A stretch of DNA of 64,000 nucleotides, taken from the IMG/VR virus record IMGVR_UViG_3300030372_003010. One strand, given 5' to 3'. A program made the translations under genes and the position numbers. The first letter of the stretch is position 1; every line of letters begins with the position of its first letter. Of the stretch, positions 58,201 through 64,000 are shown one piece after another. The DNA comes from an uncultured virus (IMG/VR IMGVR_UViG_3300030372_003010) (taxonomy: Duplodnaviria; Heunggongvirae; Uroviricota; Caudoviricetes). The notes below the pieces were generated by a model that saw only the letters and a program-made list of their open reading frames with translations, did no database searches and was not told the origin of the DNA.

Positions 58201-61200
58201 ATGCAGGTATAATAAAAGAAAAAGTTATTGAAAAATCAGAATACTATGAAGAGTATTTAGATGCTGTAGCTAATGCTATAAATAAAAGAATTAAGAATAA
58301 AAAGAAATCTAAAGAGCTTGCAGAAAAAGTACTATCTGAATATCTAGGTATTAAAGAAGGTGACGGTCAAGGTTATATTCCTATTGAGTATTATAGAATG
58401 ATGCAAGATTTAGCTGGTCTATGGTCTCCTGAACAAGAAGCTTTATACAATGATATAGTTTCAGGTGTAGAAATAAATCCTGAAGAAGTTACTCAGATGT
58501 TCCCTCCTTTAAAGTATCAATACTCAGGAAATCTTAAAACAGAAGGTTTACCTTTAACAGCACAGCATAAGTTTTCTTTAACTCCAATAGTACCTGAACT
58601 TTTACCTGAAGGTTCTAATCTTTTAAAACTACATGATAGTATGGTTAAGCAAAATATTGCTTATTCAACTTTTGAGTCCGGTTCTAAGATTGCTCATTTA
58701 GGTACACCAACAAATTTACTTAACGAAGATGGTTCTTATAATGAAGAAGCACAGTTTACTCCTAATGTTATTTATGCAGACTATCTTAAAAGTCAAGTTA
58801 ATGTAAATAAAGAATTTAAAGGTAATGTTGTTTTCTCTACTCAGATGAGAAAATTAGTCTTAGAAGGTTTATTTAATAAAGGTAAGTTAAAGCCTGGAGC
58901 AAAATCCATACATGATTCTTATATTAAAAACATACGTGACTATACTGAGTTAGTTGAGTTTGAGTTTTTAGAAGAGATAGGTTTTGAAAAAAGAGGAGAT
59001 AAATATTTTATGAAAGATAAATCAAGTATAAGAAACTTGGTTAACCTTGTAAGAAATAGTCTCTTAAATCAAGATGTTCTAGGAGATCATTTAATAAACA
59101 TAATAGATATTACTGCTAATAATAATCTATCTTTAGATTTATCTTTACATCCTCAAGCAGATAGAATAGAGAAGTTAATATTGTCTCTAATCAATAAAAG
59201 AATTATTAAACAAAAGTTTAATGGAGAACCATTAGTTCAAATGGCTCCAACATTTGCTGAGGGAATGTTCTCAGAGCCTGAAAGTAAATTAAAGAAAGGT
59301 ACTGCTGAATACATTAAGAAACTAAAAGGTAGTAATTTCTTACCAACATATCACGAGACTGTAAGAGCTAATAAAAAAGTTACTGCAGCTACTAAGGTTG
59401 TATTAACTATGCAAGGAGATTTCTTTAATCTTCTAAATATAGAGTATGAAGGAGAAGTGATAGGCACAGTTGAAAAACTTAATGAGTTACTAAAGGAAGA
59501 TGACTTTGTAGATAAATACAGAGATCAGATTTCAATAGTAGGTGTACGTATTCCAGTGCAAGGTCTAAACTCTATGGAGTTTGCTGAAGTATTTCATTTC
59601 TTACCACCAGGTAATTCTAATGTAATTATTTCTGCATCAGAGCTAGTTGCAAAATCAGGAGGTGACTTTGACGTGGATAAATTAACTACATATTTTCCAA
59701 ATATAAATGAGGAAGGTGCTCTTGTGGGTAAAGCATTTAATTCATTAGCTGAATTGAAAAAAGACTTTGCTGAGAGAGCAGATGGGTCTATCAAGTATGA
59801 TTTAATGAAGCAGCAAAAAGCTGCTATACAAAATAGTATTATAAAAGACTTAAGAAATATTTTAGAACTTCCTCAAAATTTTGCAAGTCTAATTACACCT
59901 AATGCAACTTCATTACTATTACCTATTGCAGAAGAGTTAGCTGAATATGTTATGGAATATAATCCTAAGCAATCTTTAATGACTCAAGCTAATGTTAAAG
60001 AAGATGGTAAAGAAATTATTAGTCCAACTAGAATTTTTGAAGCAGAGTATAACCTGTATAAACATGAATCAAATAATATAGGTAAAAGAACATTAGGTTT
60101 AGGTGCTGTAGAAAATACATTTAATACCTTAATGACAGGTCTAGGTGCATACATGCCTGCTCAATTTATGCAAGGGCAAGGTAGAAGCTTAGAAAAAAGA
60201 AATAGCAATCTATTCTTAAATCATAATGTTACAAAAGACAAAGCGGGTAATGAAGTTATTTCAGTATCTAATGAGTATGATGTAAATAATGAAAATAGAG
60301 TAGGAGAAGTTATCTCTCAAATGATGAATGGTTGGGTAGATGTTGAAAAAGATGCATGGATATTCTACATTCAAGGAAACTATGAGGTTGCACCTCAATT
60401 ACTTTATTTACTTAAAGCAGGTGTTCCTGTTAGAGAAGCAATATTCTTTGTGTCAAATCCATTAGTAAGAACATATGTTAAAGAACAACAACTTGCTAAC
60501 AGTCCCTATAATGAAATGCTAGGTACAAAACCAGCTGAGCCACAATTTGCAAAGTTTAAAGCTGCAACAGAAACTCTTGCTACAGTAGCTAAATTTGCAG
60601 GCAATCCTTATGATGCAAAAAAAGGTATAGGATCAAATAGAGCAAGATATCAAAAAGGGTTATCATTAGCTGACAGACATCTTAGAAACGGAGTGTTTCC
60701 TTTAAGTAAAATGGAAGCACTTGTTAAGACAGATGTAAATGAATTAACAGATAGTCAAAAAGATTTTGCAACTGCTATGTTCTTACATTATCTAGCTATT
60801 GAACAACAAATTTCAGATTTAACTAAATTAAAAATAACTATGAATCCTGATACTAACAGTAGAACAGGAGGAGCAATTATTGAGCAATCCGAACTTAATA
60901 TTGAAGAGCTTAAAGGTAGTAGTAAATTAATGCCAGGTATAATTGAAAAATTTGAAAATGATAGTGTTATTGGTTCTTACTTTAAAAATGATTTATCAGC
61001 TAAAATTTTAGAGGCTATATTTCCTTTGAGATTTAATGAAAACTTTGTTTCATTAATGATGTTAAATAATGAGGAGCTTAAAAAACTATCAAGAATAAAA
61101 TATGGTACAGTTGACATACAAAAGATAAGCTCATTTTTTAGAGATGAATTTGTAAATTATATATTCCAAAATGTTTTAAGAACTCCTGTAATAAAAGATA

Positions 61201-62753
61201 ACTATAAGAGTTATGTATTAAAAACTAATACTAAAGTTTCTAAAACTATTAAGTTAAACTTTGGAGCATTTGTCAAAGACGGTGTATTATATACTAATGA
61301 AAAAGCATTAGAGAAAGAATTCAAAGATGAACTTTGGGTAAAAGGAAACACAGAGCAAGGTAACTATGAATCAAGAGGTTTATATGCATTAAACCCTGCT
61401 ACATTTAAATCATCAAAGGGTACAAACTTTACTCAGTACAAGCACTTTGTTTTAGAAAGAGAAACTTTGAGATCTATCACAAGTATGGAAGATCTTGAGT
61501 CTACAACTTTATTTAAAAAAGAACTAAAGAGTATTTCAGAACTAGACCCTACTAAGGGTAACCCTAAGAAATATGTTTATGAAAAGATACTAGCTAACAA
61601 AGCTTTATCTAATATCTTTAATCCATATCATTTGTTTAATGATCCGGTAAATGCATACTCTGTAGAATACTCACAACTAATGGATAAGTTTGGAGACAAG
61701 CTTTCTAAATATACGGTTCTTGAAAAGTTAAAACCTGAAACTAATAAAAAAATAAATAGTTATAACTTGTATTTAGCAGAAAAAGATTTTGATAATAATC
61801 TATCTACTTTATATAATAAAAACTTAAAAGACTTAGCTAATCCTCAGATACTTAAAGTACCTAATTATGAAGATAACTTATATATAAGTGAATTCTTTAG
61901 TAGACTTCCTTTAGTAGGATTTTTACAATCCGGTGTATCAGCAGGAAAATATAACTTTACAAATATATTAGAACCAAGCGATTATCTATTTATTGTAAAA
62001 GACTCTGCTAATAGAATCAATGATTTATTAACAGGGAAAGTTCAATCAGATATGGTTGATATCTTTAATGGCTTTATGAAGAGTTTTGTAAATGTTAATG
62101 ATATTAAACCAGGAGCATCAAAAAGAACTAAACCTATATTTAAAGATTACTTAGTTGAGTATGATATATTCAAGCCTGATGTAACAGTAGAAGAAACTTC
62201 TGAAGATTTAATTGAAGGTGCTGTACCTGGAGTAGTTCTGTATGATGACAGTAAGGATGGTACAAAATACTATGAGAACTTAGTAAACAATAATCCAAAT
62301 ACTTTCTTTGTGTATAGTTACTTTTTAACTAATGTTAAAACTACAAATCCTGTTCCTTATAGAAAGTCTGGATTAATATCTAAACTTTCAGAAGATTTAT
62401 CAATGGGAATTCCTGTTGGAGTAAATGGATACACAGATAATTTTTCTACCTTTAATCCTGAAAGATATGATCAGGTAAAAGAAGTGTGGTCAAAAAAGTT
62501 TAATACTTTAAGTAAGCTTATAAAAGGTGGTGTCACAATAGCATTACCTAAATCAGGCTTTGGATCAACTACAATGCCTAGTGAACTATATATAGATTTA
62601 TCTAAACAGATGTTGAAGTTTGGAGTTTTAAATCCTGACTCAGCACAATATAAAGATGTAGAAGAAACAATAGGGGATGTTCAAGGAATATCCGATGCAG
62701 AAATAATAACAGAACTAGGATTAGAAGAAGATCCTTTTGTTTGTAAATTTTAA
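52242..62753 (+). CDS. Virion-packaged DNA-dependent RNA polymerase (crAss / phi14:2 gp66 type) with accessory domains
   Basis: 3503 aa; DGQGY (about 58360), RIPVQG (59547) and the catalytic GGDFDVDK loop (DFDVD 59664-59678); also a zincin HEAWH motif (55140-55154). Confidence 0.9.
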   Translation: MACALDNESIGALYEDIYLDIKSRIDKRKKGVFDMKDYSKNLYNSIVNEEDPVSALQVVQVVPKILNSIINSSEAVQDYFLENDIPTSYIKESKDFRDLNNVAKYVQKTGKRLQVIEQEIERAQKNRNNVILRNPDNNTLKKSSRNTAKVEDPASTSFFYYLSGKPGAKTVRDPQKDYIYTVIRKIKTLTEDLIGDETQVVYDDIPIAIKPTSILNIDENYLVDDDKKFKKEKPALAADLLLSVVTDTDGNLLFFDQDGNVSTEKTMTNGIVYQYIRKVKKVGKEYVITNRSNYQDLLLTPEEIVDREIKREESELEGDFGIQPSIRKQRIEDKKKIQQEQLENIYNMQNVVLNNPDETYLLEINGGSYGVVDTAYIPLSETPIEIEDLSAPIVSGKLSGYMSVNAKYRDEKGTVTEGNLLLQRGDMSQELADKIADIVTTTAKFNGRELTLDERLTYVDIFLKGTSKGNKITISSQNINSVELMYLNIDGEYIAPEDIQTNETKEKISNHLMNAKVLDNGDVYPADVSYNSDVIGSEFIDYNIEGNKITTTSTKYNDFIKPFVKIEFSNKSGGQFVGKNSYLTYSIPKEINDIKERAFDINSVLPEKEEVKPLQITEDITLGVINPVLVKQARASVLQKNINDSDVVLNLSTKKAFKDTKDESGYSIRNAKDKYIPMELANRKTASKAVADAFTKKLNEKNARVINITGNNIYNLRSSNITQATIDGFVKSLLEQIVPNLNTAKEDLVIIATGQSGVSEAAIKAAKDLGVTVIMNIPKNYEIVTARKSKNRIVAGLSNTKAAFLERFEETKRTRKVTSKPVNKKSAKTKGAGSKTKFTGKKRKYTKAKTTSKKKKAKKGLTKKQEAEILQKLNQSNENLKQAKDRSSLFSDLERSKGVSTFFDRLFTSKADKKKALDWYNNESNLKGIIPLEVITEIVNSNAFAKWSKDGITLYEADGGTPVDLYHEAWHGFSQLFLTVPQKESLYASIKNTIPKFKNAEPITIEEALAEDFRSYAKGQKKFKGIVGKIFNLINKFLKWMYGGVTRTDMTSLRDIPRVKELYNQLYKGEILDLKPSTQNIYEDFHVLNSLQNTIKLTKKDQDNFDEFTIDETNIVLNTFDNIVADIIKSSSISNNDLNIFKKVLNTKSEILFDAVYEELSETRDGLFEQVEKLNITEDSSPEDLFEEERLFDKIDLLNKTLNNFGDVTLSLEGKQKTGVVAFYLNSGRFSLVKEIYKDDIADEGQLDIDDTTSVEDMQQYRDDKANLFNPQTLASQDTLSLLSLITQVEKNAKGEYTQIPDYFGYPQVEDIGIIWNRVSKVTEGSFSYADFYKRLIENSTNYPQLQQLADILKPPGEAYKNNSEFNTETNLYQDLSKPRVRFRQLNIIKSVLRRETEFTEEVAEFDIGVADASFSTRGVIADWTNQFATSTKFTNPYVELNGLEPVLNVKKIIKDFSNSKTGLFKKNLSLPFLRALGIALDPTSAEIQAEAANVNSFYSGYRIDLIFDSIKLVNKALNSDSVADISSAEKFIKSPIEYLRKGLPKNIRLSPEQNNNVKNRINQLAELQVKYSDKYSNFSTTLPTDDRVWEQQNASAIVRRVQALNNADNFQQLTTPEADPDGIYKHMYFLAENNNTFSKYSRILNSLFVLDNEANYGERRTMLVDGKQAPVTLDTYNIGGTKYIDTDNFSNNQGAKTSRIEVTGKFLQELNSMLLNGVEEFMRHASKNTAMGIGVSKIFGNNTTKHLYIDVKDFGPIKGNAGKLKGVDIVNGYLKAELERMFKYTKFKDTKFKDFSGYNRKVLKKDGSGKFIEAGSAFTIFDDILTEEVQKDLYDMVDKAIANKTVMESIPEELQERVNKDMLEYFDKVVDNNVKLFNKAGYVSEQLIDIVQTPGMAPSIITRSLMSAYTFNSFIHKVETTILGYGDAVQYDHSKEEFHKRNSWLATGARNLRSDIDAQNFINTIYKFRHAAKHGYSVNPYNGTFNAGIIKEKVIEKSEYYEEYLDAVANAINKRIKNKKKSKELAEKVLSEYLGIKEGDGQGYIPIEYYRMMQDLAGLWSPEQEALYNDIVSGVEINPEEVTQMFPPLKYQYSGNLKTEGLPLTAQHKFSLTPIVPELLPEGSNLLKLHDSMVKQNIAYSTFESGSKIAHLGTPTNLLNEDGSYNEEAQFTPNVIYADYLKSQVNVNKEFKGNVVFSTQMRKLVLEGLFNKGKLKPGAKSIHDSYIKNIRDYTELVEFEFLEEIGFEKRGDKYFMKDKSSIRNLVNLVRNSLLNQDVLGDHLINIIDITANNNLSLDLSLHPQADRIEKLILSLINKRIIKQKFNGEPLVQMAPTFAEGMFSEPESKLKKGTAEYIKKLKGSNFLPTYHETVRANKKVTAATKVVLTMQGDFFNLLNIEYEGEVIGTVEKLNELLKEDDFVDKYRDQISIVGVRIPVQGLNSMEFAEVFHFLPPGNSNVIISASELVAKSGGDFDVDKLTTYFPNINEEGALVGKAFNSLAELKKDFAERADGSIKYDLMKQQKAAIQNSIIKDLRNILELPQNFASLITPNATSLLLPIAEELAEYVMEYNPKQSLMTQANVKEDGKEIISPTRIFEAEYNLYKHESNNIGKRTLGLGAVENTFNTLMTGLGAYMPAQFMQGQGRSLEKRNSNLFLNHNVTKDKAGNEVISVSNEYDVNNENRVGEVISQMMNGWVDVEKDAWIFYIQGNYEVAPQLLYLLKAGVPVREAIFFVSNPLVRTYVKEQQLANSPYNEMLGTKPAEPQFAKFKAATETLATVAKFAGNPYDAKKGIGSNRARYQKGLSLADRHLRNGVFPLSKMEALVKTDVNELTDSQKDFATAMFLHYLAIEQQISDLTKLKITMNPDTNSRTGGAIIEQSELNIEELKGSSKLMPGIIEKFENDSVIGSYFKNDLSAKILEAIFPLRFNENFVSLMMLNNEELKKLSRIKYGTVDIQKISSFFRDEFVNYIFQNVLRTPVIKDNYKSYVLKTNTKVSKTIKLNFGAFVKDGVLYTNEKALEKEFKDELWVKGNTEQGNYESRGLYALNPATFKSSKGTNFTQYKHFVLERETLRSITSMEDLESTTLFKKELKSISELDPTKGNPKKYVYEKILANKALSNIFNPYHLFNDPVNAYSVEYSQLMDKFGDKLSKYTVLEKLKPETNKKINSYNLYLAEKDFDNNLSTLYNKNLKDLANPQILKVPNYEDNLYISEFFSRLPLVGFLQSGVSAGKYNFTNILEPSDYLFIVKDSANRINDLLTGKVQSDMVDIFNGFMKSFVNVNDIKPGASKRTKPIFKDYLVEYDIFKPDVTVEETSEDLIEGAVPGVVLYDDSKDGTKYYENLVNNNPNTFFVYSYFLTNVKTTNPVPYRKSGLISKLSEDLSMGIPVGVNGYTDNFSTFNPERYDQVKEVWSKKFNTLSKLIKGGVTIALPKSGFGSTTMPSELYIDLSKQMLKFGVLNPDSAQYKDVEETIGDVQGISDAEIITELGLEEDPFVCKF

Positions 62754-62764
62754 ATTAAAAAGAA

Positions 62765-64000
62765 ATGGCTTGTATAGCGAGAGATAATGCAATAAAGCAT
62801 CTAATAGATAAAGGAGCAATTGATGATACGAGAAAGATCTTGGATCTAAAACTGTATGAAGATCTAAATAAAAAGTTAACTGAGATTGCAGTTAGAAAAT
62901 ACAACTTAGATACATTAGGTAATGAATTGTTTGCCATTAATGCATATGATGCTACATACTCAAGGCCGGTAACAACTGGAAGAGAACTTACATTCAAGGT
63001 AAGACGAGCTGTTCCTAACTCAGTTTTATTTGAGACTTTAGATGAAAAAATAAAAACATACGAGGAGAGATCTTCACAACCTGTTGTTGTTCCTGAAGAA
63101 ACTATAGAAGTTGTAGAAGATACTGTAGAGGATACTGTTCTAGAACCAACAGGAGAGCAACTTGAATTTAACTTCCTAGAAGACAATAGTGTTGAGATAA
63201 ACTTAGAAGACCTTAAGAGCCAAAGATCTAGACAACTAGGATCTGCAATAGCAGAAAGATTAGCACTAGGAATGAACTACAACTTCGAGAACATAACAGA
63301 GGAGAGAGCTGTAGAGATATTAAAAAGTAGAGTAGTAGGATACAGAGGAGAACCCGCTTTTAATTTTGCAGGAACTGTTTATGTAGTAGGAGACAATGTA
63401 ACGCTAAATACTGTACTACATGAGTTTGGTCATCCATTAATAAGATCAGTAAGACAGTTGAATGATAAACTGTATAATAATCTGTACGAGGAGTTGATGG
63501 GTACTACTGAGGGGGAAGTTATAGAAGAGGCCGTGCTAGCAGAGTATCCTGAATTAAAAGACTCACCTGTATTTTTAAAAGATGAAATCTTAACATATGC
63601 ACTACAACTAAAATCAGCAAACCAAGTAAACAATGAAATAGAAACAAAGGGATTTGATAATGTTATAAGGAAACTTTTAGCTGCCATTAAAGATTTACTA
63701 CGAGGTATATTTGGTAGAAAAATAAAAGTCTCCAAAATAAATGTTGACACTACACTAGAAGAACTCGGTACCATAATGCTGTCAGATCAAATAGACCTGC
63801 AGACAGACATGTTGACTGAAGAGGATGTGGTTGCATATGGAAAAGATTTAATAGAAAGAGTTAAGGTATTAACTGATAACGCTAAAGCTGAGACTATTAA
63901 CCAGGCAATCACTGAAATATTTGAAGCTAACAAAGAAGTGTTAATGAATGCAAGGAAGACTAAGTTAGATCCTGCAACTAAAGAAATATTAAAGAGATCC
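62765..64000 (+). CDS. Next giant virion protein with a zincin motif (truncated by the window end; absent from the ORF track)
   Basis: ATG 62765 MACIARDNAIKHL...; in-frame VLHEFGHPLI (HEFGH 63419-63433); no stop seen before the window end. Confidence 0.8.
   Translation, partial: MACIARDNAIKHLIDKGAIDDTRKILDLKLYEDLNKKLTEIAVRKYNLDTLGNELFAINAYDATYSRPVTTGRELTFKVRRAVPNSVLFETLDEKIKTYEERSSQPVVVPEETIEVVEDTVEDTVLEPTGEQLEFNFLEDNSVEINLEDLKSQRSRQLGSAIAERLALGMNYNFENITEERAVEILKSRVVGYRGEPAFNFAGTVYVVGDNVTLNTVLHEFGHPLIRSVRQLNDKLYNNLYEELMGTTEGEVIEEAVLAEYPELKDSPVFLKDEILTYALQLKSANQVNNEIETKGFDNVIRKLLAAIKDLLRGIFGRKIKVSKINVDTTLEELGTIMLSDQIDLQTDMLTEEDVVAYGKDLIERVKVLTDNAKAETINQAITEIFEANKEVLMNARKTKLDPATKEILKRS

Noticed and set aside
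242..63774. All minus-strand ORFs in the track, and the short alternative-frame + ORF 36716..36910
   Set aside because: They are short, lie within long + strand genes, and have the F/L/S/I-rich composition of antisense shadows. ORFs 62755..63186 and 63430..63774 shadow the real + strand gene starting at 62765.
1..64000. Stop-codon reassignment (TAG or TGA), known in some crAss-like phages
   Set aside because: Genes up to 10.5 kb are uninterrupted in the standard code and coding density is near complete. TAG (966) and TGA (5843, 7022, 17118) appear to act as stops.
1..64000. CRISPR array, tRNA or rRNA genes, introns, inteins, IS elements
   Set aside because: No spaced direct repeats were seen. 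Intergenic gaps are short (about 130 nt or less) and are accounted for by terminators and promoters. No intein, homing-endonuclease or transposase motifs were recognised.

Overview
This AT-rich 64 kb window is the virion morphogenesis and cargo region of a crAss-like (Crassvirales-type) podophage, most likely infecting a Bacteroidota/Flavobacteria host (A-rich leaders, no Shine-Dalgarno sites). Every credible gene is on the + strand and reads in the standard code. Gene order: portal C-terminus, holin-like ORF, scaffold-like protein, major capsid protein, a cluster of very small Lys/Arg-rich ORFs, ring/auxiliary capsid proteins, Cys-rich fibre proteins, IHF/HU-like protein, tail tubular and muzzle/stabilisation proteins, modular cargo proteins, a 3503-aa virion RNA polymerase, and a further giant protein that runs off the window. 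Most interesting observations: (1) a 3'-UTR hairpin at 16411-16436 whose 10-nt loop is the exact complement of an AACCAACAAA box found four times in three structural-gene leaders, a candidate phage sRNA system; (2) a recurrent [MFY]xxGG / xQxxG motif, together with a ~25-aa tag domain, that delimits enzymatic modules (zincin, GH108-like, ART-like, nucleotidyltransferase) in the cargo proteins, a candidate packaging or polyprotein-cleavage code; (3) Cys-free giant proteins with single terminal cysteines that could link them head to tail; (4) a phage-specific TTTWGTATATTA promoter motif. All family assignments come from motif recognition and synteny by eye; no database searches were run.
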